A stretch of 31,218 nucleotides of DNA. Source: an uncultured Spongiibacteraceae bacterium (GTDB lineage Bacteria; Pseudomonadota; Gammaproteobacteria; Pseudomonadales; DT-91). The position numbers were made by a program, and so were the translations under genes. The notes below the pieces were generated by a model. It saw only the letters and a list, made by a program, of their open reading frames with translations. It did no database searches and was not told the DNA's origin. Positions 18,686 to 29,662 of this stretch are shown in pieces (the first letter of the stretch is position 1; the number at the start of each line of letters is the position of its first letter). Where the stretch lies: contig CAZMQC010000002.1 in the NCBI GenBank assembly GCA_964568295.1, positions 1-31,218 on the forward strand, in the 5' to 3' direction.

Positions 18686-19228
18686 TTAGCCTTTAAATGG
18701 GAAGTTGAAAGCACGTAATAAAGCGCGGCCTTCATCATCATTTCTAGCAGTAGTAGTAATCACGATGTCTAAACCACGTAATTTATCTACTTTATCAAAA
18801 TCGATTTCTGGGAAGATAATTTGCTCGGTTACGCCCATTGCAAAGTTACCACGACCATCAAATGATTTTGAACTAATACCACGGAAGTCACGGATACGAG
18901 GAATTGAAATCGAAATCAAACGATCCAAGAACTCATACATACGATCAGAACGTAAAGTTACTTTACAACCAATCGGCCAACCTTCACGTACTTTAAATCC
19001 AGCAATTGATTTACGCGCTTTAGTAATCACGACCTTTTGGCCAGCGATAGCTTCTAAATCTTTTACCGCATTTTCAAGCGTTTTTTTATCGCCAATCGCT
19101 TCACCCACACCCATGTTTAAGGTGATTTTGGTGATACGTGGCACTTCCATTACGTTATCAAGCTTCAATTCTTCTTTAAGCTTGGCAACGATTTCGTTGT
19201 TATACAATTCTTTTAAGCGAGTCGCCAT
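18686..19228 (-). CDS. rplE: 50S ribosomal protein L5
   Basis: [34 protein letters not shown]. Confidence 0.99.
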   Translation of the reverse strand: MATRLKELYNNEIVAKLKEELKLDNVMEVPRITKITLNMGVGEAIGDKKTLENAVKDLEAIAGQKVVITKARKSIAGFKVREGWPIGCKVTLRSDRMYEFLDRLISISIPRIRDFRGISSKSFDGRGNFAMGVTEQIIFPEIDFDKVDKLRGLDIVITTTARNDDEGRALLRAFNFPFKG

Positions 19229-19245
19229 GTCACAACCTTCTTCAA

Positions 19246-19560
19246 TTAAGCGTCAACAAGCGCGTTGTTAGACTTAAAGAAACGAACTTTCTTTTCACCT
19301 TCAAAACGGAAGCCAACACGGTCAGCTTTTTGTGTTTGAGGATTAAAGATCGCTACATTAGAAGCATCAATTGCTGCTTCTTTTTCTACGATACCGCCTG
19401 CTTGACCAAGGTTTGGATTGCCGCGTTGGTGTTTTTTAACAACATTAACACCGGCTACGATGAGCTTGCCGTCAGAGCGAACTTTGACAACTTTGCCACG
19501 CTTACCTTTATCTTTTCCTGCGATAACAATTACTTCGTCTTCGCGTTTGATTTTCAACAT
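19246..19560 (-). CDS. rplX: 50S ribosomal protein L24
   Basis: [15 protein letters not shown] (KOW), [16 protein letters not shown]. Confidence 0.99.
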   Translation of the reverse strand: MLKIKREDEVIVIAGKDKGKRGKVVKVRSDGKLIVAGVNVVKKHQRGNPNLGQAGGIVEKEAAIDASNVAIFNPQTQKADRVGFRFEGEKKVRFFKSNNALVDA

Positions 19561-19581
19561 ATCAATACCCTCGGAATACGT

Positions 19582-19950
19582 TTAGAGCACTTCTGGCGCT
19601 AATGAAATAATTTTCATAAAACGCTCAGAACGCAATTCACGTGTTACAGGTCCAAAGATACGCGTGCCGATTGGCGCTAGCTGATTGTTTAGCAATACAG
19701 CTGCGTTATCATCAAACTTGATTAATGAACCATCTGCGCGACGCACACCTTTACGGGTACGCACAACAACAGCGTTCATTACTTGGCCTTTTTTAACTTT
19801 ACCGCGTGGAATTGCTTCTTTGACGGTAACTTTAATTATATCACCAACGCTTGCGTAACGACGTTTTGAACCGCCTAATACTTTAACGCACATAACTTCG
19901 CGTGCACCGCTGTTATCTGCTACTTGTAAATACGTTTGTGTCTGAATCAT
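19582..19950 (-). CDS. rplN: 50S ribosomal protein L14
   Basis: [34 protein letters not shown]. Confidence 0.99.
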   Translation of the reverse strand: MIQTQTYLQVADNSGAREVMCVKVLGGSKRRYASVGDIIKVTVKEAIPRGKVKKGQVMNAVVVRTRKGVRRADGSLIKFDDNAAVLLNNQLAPIGTRIFGPVTRELRSERFMKIISLAPEVL

Positions 19951-19981
19951 TTTTTAGCCCCAAAGCTAATAATGCTATTTG

Positions 19982-20242
19982 TTAGATTTGCGCAGCGCGC
20001 TCATCAATACTCTGTAAAGTCCAAGTTTTTGTCTTAGACAATGGACGGCTTTCTGCAATAGTAACTAAGTCACCAATATTACACTCATTATTTTCATCAT
20101 GAGCGTGCATTTTGGTTGAACGGGTTAAGTATTTACCGTACAGAGGGTGTTTTACACGACGCTCGATAAGAACGGTAATTGTCTTATCCATTTTATTGCT
20201 AGTTACACGACCGCTAGCAGTACGTACTTGCTTTTCGCTCAT
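19982..20242 (-). CDS. rpsQ: 30S ribosomal protein S17
   Basis: [28 protein letters not shown]. Confidence 0.99.
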   Translation of the reverse strand: MSEKQVRTASGRVTSNKMDKTITVLIERRVKHPLYGKYLTRSTKMHAHDENNECNIGDLVTIAESRPLSKTKTWTLQSIDERAAQI

Positions 20243-20244
20243 GA

Positions 20245-20439
20245 TTAGTTACCTGCTTTCTTTTCAGCTATTACGGTTTTAACACGCGCAATAGCAACTT
20301 TGTTTTCTTTCAACAAGTGCGTTTGCCCCAGTTGCCCAGTTGCTTTTTGCATGCGTAATTTAAATTGCTCTTCGCGCAATTCGATCAATGCTTTATCAAG
20401 CTCTTGAGCTGATTTATTTTTCAGTTCTGTCACTTTCAT
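20245..20439 (-). CDS. rpmC: 50S ribosomal protein L29
   Basis: [23 protein letters not shown]. Confidence 0.98.
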   Translation of the reverse strand: MKVTELKNKSAQELDKALIELREEQFKLRMQKATGQLGQTHLLKENKVAIARVKTVIAEKKAGN

Positions 20440-20852
20440 TACATCACCGTCCGCTTAACAAAAGTTGTTGCTACTGGAATTTTTGCAGCAGCCAAGGCAA
20501 ATGCTTCACGAGCTAATTCTTCAGAAACACCTTGTACTTCATACAAAACTTTACCTGGTTGGATTTGTGCTACCCAATATTCAACACTACCTTTACCTTT
20601 ACCCATACGAACTTCTAAGGGTTTTTGTGTAATTGGTTTGTCTGGGAATACACGAATCCAAATTTTACCACCACGTTTAATATGTCTTGTCATCGCACGA
20701 CGCGCTGACTCAATTTGACGAGCGGTAATACGTCCGCGACCGATAGCTTTTAAGCCATAATCGCCGAAGCTAATTGAATTTCCGCGCAGCGCTAAGCCAC
20801 GGTTACGGCCTTTCATCTGCTTACGGAATTTTGTGCGTTTGGGCTGTAACAT
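20439..20852 (-). CDS. rplP: 50S ribosomal protein L16
   Basis: [25 protein letters not shown]. Confidence 0.99.
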   Translation of the reverse strand: MLQPKRTKFRKQMKGRNRGLALRGNSISFGDYGLKAIGRGRITARQIESARRAMTRHIKRGGKIWIRVFPDKPITQKPLEVRMGKGKGSVEYWVAQIQPGKVLYEVQGVSEELAREAFALAAAKIPVATTFVKRTVM

Positions 20853-20861
20853 ATTTCACAC

Positions 20862-21542
20862 CTACTTCTTGGCTGCAACTTTCTTTGCAGTCGCGTCTTC
20901 GGCTACTTTTTTATTACCTAAAATTTCGCCCTTAAATATCCACACCTTTACACCTAAGATGCCGTATGTTGTACTAGCTTCGTATGTAGCATAGTCAATA
21001 TCAGCACGCAAAGTATGCAATGGCACACGGCCTTCGCGATACCATTCTGTACGAGCGATTTCAGCACCACCTAAACGACCACTTACTTGGATCTTGATAC
21101 CTTCAGCACCTTGACGCAATGCGTTTTGAACTGCACGCTTCATAGCACGACGGAACATGACACGACGCTCTAATTGTTGTGCAACGCTTTGTGCAACTAA
21201 TTTCGCATCTAAGTCAGGCTTACGGATTTCTTCGATAGCAATATGAACAGGCACACCCATCATTTTGCTCAATTCAACGCGCAAGCTTTCAACGTCTTCG
21301 CCTTTTTTACCAATCACAACACCAGGACGTGCTGTGTGAATGGTAATGCGAGCTGTTTGAGCTGGACGCTCAATAACAACGCGGCTTACTGAGGCATTTT
21401 TTAATTTGTCTTCAATGTAGCGACGCACAGTAATGTCGGTAACTAGGTTTTTAGCAAACGATTTGCTATCTGCATACCAGACAGAGTTGTGGTCTTTAAC
21501 GATGCCTAAGCGTATGCCGGCAGGATGTACTTTCTGACCCAT
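20862..21542 (-). CDS. rpsC: 30S ribosomal protein S3
   Basis: [39 protein letters not shown]. Confidence 0.99.
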   Translation of the reverse strand: MGQKVHPAGIRLGIVKDHNSVWYADSKSFAKNLVTDITVRRYIEDKLKNASVSRVVIERPAQTARITIHTARPGVVIGKKGEDVESLRVELSKMMGVPVHIAIEEIRKPDLDAKLVAQSVAQQLERRVMFRRAMKRAVQNALRQGAEGIKIQVSGRLGGAEIARTEWYREGRVPLHTLRADIDYATYEASTTYGILGVKVWIFKGEILGNKKVAEDATAKKVAAKK

Positions 21543-21556
21543 AATAACTCCCCTAA

Positions 21557-21889
21557 TTACTCGTCAGCAACTTTAACAGTGATATGACATGTGCGTTTGC
21601 TTATGCGATCCGCACGCCCTTTTGAACGAGGACGGATACGTTTCATAGTCAAACCTTCATCAACATAAATTGTTGATACACGTAGCTCATCAATGTCAGC
21701 GCCTTCGTTATGTTCAGCATTTGCAATAGCTGAATTCAGAACTTTTTTGATGATCGCAGCAGCTTCTTTTGGGCTGAATGTAAGAATATTCAAAGCCTCT
21801 TCAACACGCTTGCCACGAATCTGATCAGCTACTAGACGCGCTTTCTGTGCCGAGAAACCAGCACCTTTTAATTTTGCAGCGACTTCCAT
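21557..21889 (-). CDS. rplV: 50S ribosomal protein L22
   Basis: [37 protein letters not shown]. Confidence 0.99.
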   Translation of the reverse strand: MEVAAKLKGAGFSAQKARLVADQIRGKRVEEALNILTFSPKEAAAIIKKVLNSAIANAEHNEGADIDELRVSTIYVDEGLTMKRIRPRSKGRADRISKRTCHITVKVADE

Positions 21890-21911
21890 CTTTCAGACCT
21901 CTCAACAGCGG

Positions 21912-22187
21912 TTAACGCTTAGCTTTCTTATCTGCAACGTGACCTTTAAAGGTACGTGTCGCAGCGAATTCACCCAATTTATGCCCAACCATGTCTTCTG
22001 TAATAAATACAGGGACATGCTGGCGACCGTTATGTACAGCAATTGTCAACCCAACCATGTCAGGGAAAATTACTGAACGGCGCGACCAGGTTTTAATTGG
22101 ACGCTTATCATTTGCTTGTACAGCAGTCTCAACCTTTTTTAGAAGGTGAAGATCTATAAATGGACCTTTTTTCAACGAACGTGGCAC
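21912..22187 (-). CDS. rpsS: 30S ribosomal protein S19
   Basis: [31 protein letters not shown]; GTG start. Confidence 0.99.
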   Translation of the reverse strand: MPRSLKKGPFIDLHLLKKVETAVQANDKRPIKTWSRRSVIFPDMVGLTIAVHNGRQHVPVFITEDMVGHKLGEFAATRTFKGHVADKKAKR

Positions 22188-22199
22188 GTATTAACCCTC

Positions 22200-23030
22200 T
22201 TATTTCAATCCGCGACGACGTACGATTAAATGAGTCGTACGCTTATTTTTACGGGTTTTGTAACCTTTAGTCGGTGTACCCCATGGGCTCACTGGATGGC
22301 GTTTACCCGATGAACGACCTTCACCACCACCATGCGGGTGATCGACAGGGTTCATTGCAGCACCACGAACTGTAGGTCTAATACCTCTCCAACGAGTTGC
22401 ACCAGCCTTACCTAATGAACGTAAGTTGTGCTCATGGTTAGAAACTTCGCCTAACGTCGCGCGACAATCTGCTAATACTTTACGCATTTCACCCGAACGT
22501 AAACGGATGGTTGCGTATTGTGCATCACGTGCAACTAACTGAACTGAAGCACCTGCTGAACGTGCTAATTGAGCACCTTTGCCTGGCTTAAGTTCAACAC
22601 AGTGAATTGTGCTACCTACTGGAATATTGCGCAAAGGCAAGGTATTACCAGCTTTAATCGGCGCCGCTGCACCAGAAACCACTTGGTCATCTGCTGCTAG
22701 ATTTTTTGGCGCAATAATGTAGCGACGCTCGCCATCTGCATACAACACAAGTGCAATATGCGCTGAACGGTTAGGGTCATATTCAATACGCTCAACTTTT
22801 CCTACGATGCCGTCTTTATCATTTCTTTTGAAATCGATAACACGGTAATGATGTTTATGACCACCACCTACGTGACGAGTAGTAATGCGTCCATTGTTGT
22901 TACGACCACCGCTTTTGCTTTTTTTCTCAAGCAATGCTTTGTGCGGCTCGCCTTTATGCAAACCAGGCGTAACAATCTTAACTACAAAACGACGACCTGG
23001 CGAAGTTGGTTTTGCTTTTACAATTGCCAT
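22200..23030 (-). CDS. rplB: 50S ribosomal protein L2
   Basis: [32 protein letters not shown]. Confidence 0.99.
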   Translation of the reverse strand: MAIVKAKPTSPGRRFVVKIVTPGLHKGEPHKALLEKKSKSGGRNNNGRITTRHVGGGHKHHYRVIDFKRNDKDGIVGKVERIEYDPNRSAHIALVLYADGERRYIIAPKNLAADDQVVSGAAAPIKAGNTLPLRNIPVGSTIHCVELKPGKGAQLARSAGASVQLVARDAQYATIRLRSGEMRKVLADCRATLGEVSNHEHNLRSLGKAGATRWRGIRPTVRGAAMNPVDHPHGGGEGRSSGKRHPVSPWGTPTKGYKTRKNKRTTHLIVRRRGLK

Positions 23031-23041
23031 ATGACTTCCCC

Positions 23042-23338
23042 TTACTCAGCCGCTGCAAAGTCAACTTCTTGACCTTGAGCCAAACGAACATAAGCTTTTT
23101 TAGTCATTGGGCGACGTGACAAACCGTAACGGTTACGTTTCACTTTACCTTTTGACTTAATCACTTGTACTTTTTCAACTTTTACACTGAAAAGCTTTTC
23201 AACCGCTTTTTTGATTTCTAATTTAGTAGCATCAACAGCGACTTTAAGTACAATTTGGTTTGCCGTTTCATTTCTCATCACTGCTTTTTCAGAAATGTGA
23301 GGCCCAACTAAAACGGTGTAAATACGTTCTGCATTCAT
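23042..23338 (-). CDS. rplW: 50S ribosomal protein L23
   Basis: [28 protein letters not shown]. Confidence 0.98.
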   Translation of the reverse strand: MNAERIYTVLVGPHISEKAVMRNETANQIVLKVAVDATKLEIKKAVEKLFSVKVEKVQVIKSKGKVKRNRYGLSRRPMTKKAYVRLAQGQEVDFAAAE

Positions 23339-23952
23339 CCCAATAACTCCTCAAATTTCTTTACAGCATCTACAGTGATAATCACTTTTTCGAAGCCAAC
23401 CAAACTCACTGGATCAACCGCTGCAACATCTAGAATATCAACATGAGGCAAGTTCCTTGCTGCCAAGAAAGTGTTCATGTCTAATTCATCAGTGATGATT
23501 AATGCTTTAGCTGCATTCAATGCATTCAATTCTTTTGCCAACAACTTAGTTTTTGGCTCTTCAACTTTGAAGCTTTCAACAACGATTAAACGCTCTTGAC
23601 GCACCAATTCAGACAAGATTGAGCTAATTGCCGCACGATACATTTTGCGATTAACTTTTTGCTCAAAGTTTCTTGGCTTAGCGGCAAATGCAACGCCACC
23701 ACCAATCCAAATTGGGCTACGGATACTACCCGCACGCGCACGACCACTGCCTTTTTGACGAAATGGTTTTTTACCACCACCGCTTACTTCAGCACGTGTT
23801 TTTTGCGCTTTACTTCCTTGACGACCAGCAGCCATATAAGCTGTAACAACCTGATGCACCAAGTCTTCATTATATTCACGGGCAAACGTCTTTTCTGAAA
23901 CAGCAATATTGCCAGCAGACGCATTACCTGGAGTAACAATGCGTAAATCCAT
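23335..23952 (-). CDS. rplD: 50S ribosomal protein L4
   Basis: [28 protein letters not shown]; three tandem ATGs (23958/23955/23952), the last best spaced from the G-rich SD. Confidence 0.98.
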   Translation of the reverse strand: MDLRIVTPGNASAGNIAVSEKTFAREYNEDLVHQVVTAYMAAGRQGSKAQKTRAEVSGGGKKPFRQKGSGRARAGSIRSPIWIGGGVAFAAKPRNFEQKVNRKMYRAAISSILSELVRQERLIVVESFKVEEPKTKLLAKELNALNAAKALIITDELDMNTFLAARNLPHVDILDVAAVDPVSLVGFEKVIITVDAVKKFEELLG

Positions 23953-23963
23953 CATCATCCCCC

Positions 23964-24599
23964 TTATGCCTTAACTTTAGTAGCAGCGCGCACAATCACA
24001 TCGCCACCTTTTGCACCAGGAACAGCACCTCTTACCAAAAGAAGGCCATTCTCGACATCGACGCGTACAACTTGCAGATTCTGCGTAGTTACCTTCTCAT
24101 CGCCCATATGCCCAGCCATTTTTTTGCCTTTCCATACGCGACCAGGAGATTGACACTGACCTGTTGAACCAGGCGCACGGTGAGACAAAGAGTTACCGTG
24201 CGTTGCATCTTGCATAGCAAAATTCCAACGTTTCACAGTACCTTGAAAACCTTTACCTTTTGATTGACCAGTTACATCAACCAATTGACCTTCTTGGAAC
24301 AAGTCCACAGCCAATTCTTGACCCACTGTATAATCTGCCGCTTCTGTGCGGAACTCCCACAGACCACGACCAGCAGCAACACCTGCTTTAGCAAAATGAC
24401 CACTTTCAGATTTGCTCAAACGCGATGCTTTTTTAGCACCAGCCGTTACTTGCACTGACGAGTAACCATCTTTTTCATTTGTTTTGATTTGAGCAATACG
24501 ATTTGACTCAACTTCGATAACCGTTACAGGAATGGAAACACCATCTTCTGTAAAGATTCGAGTCATGCCGCACTTGCGACCTACTAAGCCTATAGCCAT
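23964..24599 (-). CDS. rplC: 50S ribosomal protein L3
   Basis: [28 protein letters not shown]. Confidence 0.99.
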   Translation of the reverse strand: MAIGLVGRKCGMTRIFTEDGVSIPVTVIEVESNRIAQIKTNEKDGYSSVQVTAGAKKASRLSKSESGHFAKAGVAAGRGLWEFRTEAADYTVGQELAVDLFQEGQLVDVTGQSKGKGFQGTVKRWNFAMQDATHGNSLSHRAPGSTGQCQSPGRVWKGKKMAGHMGDEKVTTQNLQVVRVDVENGLLLVRGAVPGAKGGDVIVRAATKVKA

Positions 24600-24605
24600 T
24601 ATTGA

Positions 24606-24667
24606 CCTCTCGTGTACGGGGCTTCACCCTCTACGGCCGCTTCGCGTTACACCCGAGTTTAGACGGG
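24606..24667 (-). promoter_or_regulatory. Putative cis-regulatory RNA in the rpsJ-rplC spacer resembling the 23S rRNA H18-H20 junction
   Basis: mRNA reads GUG-UAA-CGC(GAA)GCG-GCCGUAGA-GGG(UGAAG)CCC-CGUA-CAC directly before the rplC SD; see findings. Confidence 0.65.
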
Positions 24668-24685
24668 AATAATTAAAAAGCTGCC

Positions 24686-25015
<330 letters not shown>

Positions 25016-25052
25016 TTACCCTTCTCACACATTACAGCGAAAAGGAGGCGGA

Positions 25053-25081
25053 ATTTTAATTAGCGCGCAACATTCTGTCAA
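25053..25081 (-). promoter_or_regulatory. S10-operon sigma70 promoter
   Basis: TTGACA-N17-TAAAAT followed by the GC-rich TCCGCCTCC. Confidence 0.85.
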
Positions 25082-25146
25082 GCAATAATAATTAAAACTT
25101 ACCACATATTAAAAACGCTTATTAAGCCCATCCTGTTAACAAGCAT

Positions 25147-25172
25147 AAAAAAGGCCGAACCTAGGTTCGGCC
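25147..25172 (-). terminator. Intrinsic terminator after tuf
   Basis: 20-bp perfect palindrome GGCCGAACCTAGGTTCGGCC followed by T6 on the minus strand. Confidence 0.9.
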
Positions 25173-25189
25173 ATCTCATCAAGTCGTAA

Positions 25190-26413
25190 TTACTCGATGA
25201 TTTTTGCTACAACACCAGCACCAACGGTACGACCACCTTCACGAATAGCGAAACGTAAGCCGTCTTCCATCGCGATCGGGTGAATCAAAGTTGCTACTAA
25301 TTGTACGTTATCGCCTGGCATAACCATTTCTACGCCTTCTGGCAACTCACATGCACCTGTCACGTCAGTTGTACGGAAGTAGAATTGTGGACGGTAGCCT
25401 TTGAAGAATGGAGTATGACGACCACCTTCTTCTTTGCTCAATACGTAAACTTCAGCTTCAAATTTGGTGTGTGGTTTAACTGAACCTGGTTTACACATTA
25501 CTTGGCCACGCTCAACGTCTTCACGTTTGGTACCACGTAACAATGCACCGATGTTCTCACCTGCACGACCTTCGTCAAGCAATTTACGGAACATTTCAAC
25601 ACCTGTACAGGTTGTTGTTTGAGTAGGACGGATACCAACGATTTCAACGCTGTCACCTACTTTCAAAATACCACGCTCTACACGGCCAGTTACAACAGTA
25701 CCACGACCAGCAATAGAGAATACGTCTTCAACAGGCATTAAGAAAGGCTTGTCGATTGCACGCTCTGGTTCTGGAATATAGGTATCCAATGCTTCAACCA
25801 ATGCTTTAACCGCAGTTGTACCAAGACCATTTTCGTCTTGACCGTTCAATGCCATTAATGCTGAACCACAGATGATTGGTGTGTCGTCACCTGGGAAATC
25901 GTAAGTTGACAACAAGTCACGCAACTCCATTTCAACCAATTCTTTCATTTCTGCGTATTCGTCGCTATCTACGCCACCACAGTCTGCGGCAAGCAAGTCA
26001 GCTTTGTTCATGAATACAACGATGTATGGAACGCCAACTTGACGCGACAACAAGATGTGCTCACGTGTTTGCGGCATTGGGCCATCAGTTGCACCACATA
26101 CTAAAATAGCGCCGTCCATCTGTGCAGCACCAGTGATCATGTTTTTAACATAGTCAGCGTGGCCTGGGCAGTCTACGTGTGCGTAGTGACGTGCAGGTGA
26201 TTCATATTCAACGTGTGAAGTTGCGATGGTGATACCACGCGCTTTTTCTTCTGGCGCGTTGTCGATACCGTCATAACCTAATGCTTGACCGCCGAATGCA
26301 TCAGCACATACGCGTGTTAATGCAGCTGTCAAAGTTGTTTTACCGTGGTCAACGTGACCGATTGTGCCTACGTTAACGTGCGGTTTGCTACGTTCAAATT
26401 GTGATTTTGCCAC
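25190..26413 (-). CDS. tuf: Elongation factor Tu (407 aa, with a 10-aa insertion after NKxD)
   Basis: [41 protein letters not shown]; GTG start. Confidence 0.99.
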   Translation of the reverse strand: MAKSQFERSKPHVNVGTIGHVDHGKTTLTAALTRVCADAFGGQALGYDGIDNAPEEKARGITIATSHVEYESPARHYAHVDCPGHADYVKNMITGAAQMDGAILVCGATDGPMPQTREHILLSRQVGVPYIVVFMNKADLLAADCGGVDSDEYAEMKELVEMELRDLLSTYDFPGDDTPIICGSALMALNGQDENGLGTTAVKALVEALDTYIPEPERAIDKPFLMPVEDVFSIAGRGTVVTGRVERGILKVGDSVEIVGIRPTQTTTCTGVEMFRKLLDEGRAGENIGALLRGTKREDVERGQVMCKPGSVKPHTKFEAEVYVLSKEEGGRHTPFFKGYRPQFYFRTTDVTGACELPEGVEMVMPGDNVQLVATLIHPIAMEDGLRFAIREGGRTVGAGVVAKIIE

Positions 26414-26450
26414 TTTAATATCCCCTTTAAAAAGTTGATTTAGTTGTTAA

Positions 26451-28556
26451 TTAAGCGTTTTTAGAAATAATTTCTTGTGCCACATTATTTGGAGCTTCGG
26501 CATACTTCAAAAACTCCATCGTATATGTTGCACGACCCTGTGTTGCAGAACGCAAGTCAGTCGCATAGCCGAACATTTCTGCTAGTGGCACTTCCGCATT
26601 CACAACTTTACCGGAAACATTTTCGTCCATACCAGTGATCAAACCACGTCTGCGGTTTAAGTCACCAACAACGTCACCCATGTTTTCTTCCGGAGTGATC
26701 ACTTCAACCTTCATAATTGGTTCAAGTAATTTTGCACCGCCTTCAGATGACAATTTTTTTGTCGCCATCGAAGCCGCAATTTTAAACGCCATTTCGTTGG
26801 AGTCAACATCATGGTACGAACCATCAAAAATAGTTGCTTTCAAGCCGAGCAATGGATAGCCGGCCAAAACACCATTCTTCATTTGTTCTTCAATACCTTT
26901 CTGTGCTGCTGGAATGTATTCTTTTGGAACCACACCACCAACAATTTCGTTTACGAACTCCAGTTTATCAGAGTTTTCATCTTCTGCTGGTTCGAAACGA
27001 ATCCAAACGTGACCGTATTGTCCACGACCACCTGACTGACGTACAAATTTACCTTCGATTTCAGCAACACGAGTAATTTTTTCACGGTATGCCACTTGTG
27101 GCTTACCAATGTTTGCTTCAACCTTAAACTCACGACGCATACGGTCAACAATGATATCAAGGTGTAATTCACCCATACCAGAGATGATCGTTTGACCAGT
27201 TTCTTCATCTGTTTTAACACGGAACGAAGGATCTTCTTGCGCCAAGCGACTCAAAGCAATACCCATTTTTTCTTGGTCTGGCTTTGATTTAGGCTCAACT
27301 GCTACAGAGATTACAGGCTCTGGGAAATCCATTTTTTCCAAGATAATCTTACGTGATTCGTCACACAAAGTGTCACCTGTGGTGGTATCCTTCAAACCAA
27401 TTGCAGCAGCGATATCACCCGCCAATACTTCTTTGATTTCTTGACGATCGTTAGCATGCATTTGCACCATACGACCAACACGTTCACGCTTACCTTTCAC
27501 CGAGTTATACACAGCAGTACCACTTTCTAGCGTACCCGAATACACACGGAAGAACGTCAACGTACCAACAAATGGGTCAGTTGCAATTTTAAACGCCAAG
27601 GCAGCAAATGGTTCGTCGTCAGATGAAACCGCTTTAACTACTGTTTCAGCCGCGTCGTCCAAAGTACCTTCGATGTCTTTTACTTCGGTTGGCGACGGTA
27701 AATATTCAACTACCGCATCCAAAACCGCTTGAACACCTTTGTTTTTGAAAGCTGAGCCAGTGAACATCGGCACGATTTCGCTCGCTAATGTACGCGCACG
27801 AATACCTGCCTTGATCTCCTCTTCGGTTAACTCACCGCCTTCAAGGTATTTTTCCATCAATTCGTCGTTAGCTGCAGCTGCCTCTTCCACCAAATACTCA
27901 CGCATTTCTTGGCACTGCTCTAACATATCAGCTGGCACGTCTTCATAGGTAAATGTCATACCTTGATCCGCTTCATTCCAGATGATGGCTTTCATTTTCA
28001 CAAGATCGACAACACCCTTAAAAGTATCTTCCGAACCAATTGCTGCTTGCATTGGCACTGGAACTGCGTTCAGACGTGAGCGAACTTGGTCAACCACACG
28101 CTCAAAGCTTGCGCCGGTACGGTCCATCTTGTTAACAAAAATAATACGCGGAACTTCGTATTTGTTGGCTTGTCTCCAAACGGTTTCAGTTTGTGGCTGA
28201 ACACCAGAAGACGCACACAATACAACCACCGCACCGTCAAGTACACGCAATGAACGTTCAACTTCGATAGTGAAGTCAACGTGACCGGGCGTGTCAATAA
28301 CGTTAATACGGTGTTCTTTAAACTGACGTTGCATACCGCTCCAGAAAGCGGTTACAGCTGCAGACGTAATGGTGATACCACGCTCTTGCTCTTGCGCCAT
28401 CCAGTCGGTTGTCGCAGAACCATCGTGTGTTTCACCGAGTTTGTGTGATAAACCAGTATAAAATAAAATACGCTCTGAGGTAGTAGTTTTACCTGCATCA
28501 ACGTGTGCACAGATACCGATGTTACGGTATCTTTCAATAGGAGTTTGACGTGCCAC
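26451..28556 (-). CDS. fusA: Elongation factor G
   Basis: [45 protein letters not shown]; GTG start. Confidence 0.99.
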   Translation of the reverse strand: MARQTPIERYRNIGICAHVDAGKTTTSERILFYTGLSHKLGETHDGSATTDWMAQEQERGITITSAAVTAFWSGMQRQFKEHRINVIDTPGHVDFTIEVERSLRVLDGAVVVLCASSGVQPQTETVWRQANKYEVPRIIFVNKMDRTGASFERVVDQVRSRLNAVPVPMQAAIGSEDTFKGVVDLVKMKAIIWNEADQGMTFTYEDVPADMLEQCQEMREYLVEEAAAANDELMEKYLEGGELTEEEIKAGIRARTLASEIVPMFTGSAFKNKGVQAVLDAVVEYLPSPTEVKDIEGTLDDAAETVVKAVSSDDEPFAALAFKIATDPFVGTLTFFRVYSGTLESGTAVYNSVKGKRERVGRMVQMHANDRQEIKEVLAGDIAAAIGLKDTTTGDTLCDESRKIILEKMDFPEPVISVAVEPKSKPDQEKMGIALSRLAQEDPSFRVKTDEETGQTIISGMGELHLDIIVDRMRREFKVEANIGKPQVAYREKITRVAEIEGKFVRQSGGRGQYGHVWIRFEPAEDENSDKLEFVNEIVGGVVPKEYIPAAQKGIEEQMKNGVLAGYPLLGLKATIFDGSYHDVDSNEMAFKIAASMATKKLSSEGGAKLLEPIMKVEVITPEENMGDVVGDLNRRRGLITGMDENVSGKVVNAEVPLAEMFGYATDLRSATQGRATYTMEFLKYAEAPNNVAQEIISKNA

Positions 28557-28575
28557 TTAATTTTCCCCCAGGCTC

Positions 28576-29049
28576 TTAAAAACGGAAATGTGAGAAAGCT
28601 TTATTAGCTTCAGCCATACGATGCACGTCTTCACGTTTCTTAACCGCATTACCTTTGCCTTGTGCCGCATCTAAAATCTCACCAGCTAAGCGCTGACGCA
28701 TAGACTTCTCACCGCGCTTTCTTGCGTACTCAGCCAACCAACGCATTGAAAGCGCTTGGCGACGTGAAGGGCGAACCTCTACAGGCACTTGATACGTTGC
28801 ACCACCAACACGGCGAGCTTTAACCTCAACCATTGGCGCAATGTTCTCTAACGCTTCAGTGAAAATTTCCAACGCATCTTTGCCTGGATTTTTTTCTGCA
28901 ACCACATCTAACGCACCATAAACAATGCGTTCAGCAACGGCTTTTTTACCACTTTCCATTACGTGGTTCATAAATTTTGCCAAAGTAACACTGTTAAACT
29001 TTGGATCTGGCAAAATCTCTCGTTTTGCGACGACTCTTCTTCTAGGCAT
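28576..29049 (-). CDS. rpsG: 30S ribosomal protein S7
   Basis: [34 protein letters not shown]. Confidence 0.99.
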   Translation of the reverse strand: MPRRRVVAKREILPDPKFNSVTLAKFMNHVMESGKKAVAERIVYGALDVVAEKNPGKDALEIFTEALENIAPMVEVKARRVGGATYQVPVEVRPSRRQALSMRWLAEYARKRGEKSMRQRLAGEILDAAQGKGNAVKKREDVHRMAEANKAFSHFRF

Positions 29050-29065
29050 TTCTTTTACCTTTTTA

Positions 29066-29101
29066 CTTCAGGCTCGCCCAAGACAAACGCTTGGCCTTAC
29101 T
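29066..29101 (-). promoter_or_regulatory. Putative S7 autoregulatory element in the rpsL-rpsG spacer
   Basis: mRNA GUAAGGCC-AAGCGUUUGUCUU-GGGCGAGCCUGAAG; AGGC/GCCU and CAAG/CUUG helices with an asymmetric loop; resembles (from memory) the GUAAGGCC...CCUGAA landmarks of the E. coli S7 operator. Confidence 0.5.
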
Positions 29102-29147
29102 ATCGTATTGAACCTAATAATCTTTTATTGACTAAAATCCAACCGCA

Positions 29148-29522
29148 TTAAGCTTTTGGTTTTTTAGCACCGTATTTCGAACGACCTTGACGACGTTTAG
29201 CAACACCTTGAGTATCCAAGGTACCGCGCACGGTATGATAACGAACACCTGGCAAGTCTTTTACACGACCGCCACGGATCAAAATCACGCTATGCTCTTG
29301 CAAGTTGTGCCCTTCACCACCGATATATGAAGAAACTTCATAACCGCTAGTCAAGCGAACACGACAAACCTTACGCAATGCTGAGTTAGGCTTTTTAGGT
29401 GTTGTGGTATATACACGAGTACATACACCGCGACGTTGAGGACAATTCTCCAACGCTGGAACACCGCTTTTTGCAAGCTTACGTTTTCTAGGCTTACGAA
29501 CCAACTGGTTGATCGTTGCCAT
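29148..29522 (-). CDS. rpsL: 30S ribosomal protein S12
   Basis: [36 protein letters not shown]; wild-type Lys at both classical streptomycin-resistance positions. Confidence 0.99.
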   Translation of the reverse strand: MATINQLVRKPRKRKLAKSGVPALENCPQRRGVCTRVYTTTPKKPNSALRKVCRVRLTSGYEVSSYIGGEGHNLQEHSVILIRGGRVKDLPGVRYHTVRGTLDTQGVAKRRQGRSKYGAKKPKA

Positions 29523-29604
29523 CTATTTACTCCACATTTCTACACCGCTTTCGCGGCAAACAAACAATAATGGTTGCCCATTATTCACTAAAAAAGGAGG
29601 CAGG

Positions 29605-29633
29605 ATTTTATAGATACCACCCCCCATAGTCAA
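29605..29633 (-). promoter_or_regulatory. str-operon sigma70 promoter
   Basis: TTGACT-N17-TAAAAT followed by CCTGCCTCC. Confidence 0.8.
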
Positions 29634-29662
29634 GCAGTGCAGCTTAAATTCTGCTCAACTGC

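Noticed and set aside
19190-19245. S8 operator at the rplX-rplE junction
   Set aside because: Some weak pairing (GUUGUG/UAUAAC, GCG/CGC), but I could not build the 16S h21-like internal loop.
29148-29522. Antibiotic-resistance alleles in rpsL or fusA
   Set aside because: S12 Lys residues in PKKPNS and RVKDLP and the EF-G PGHVDF and HLDII motifs are wild type.
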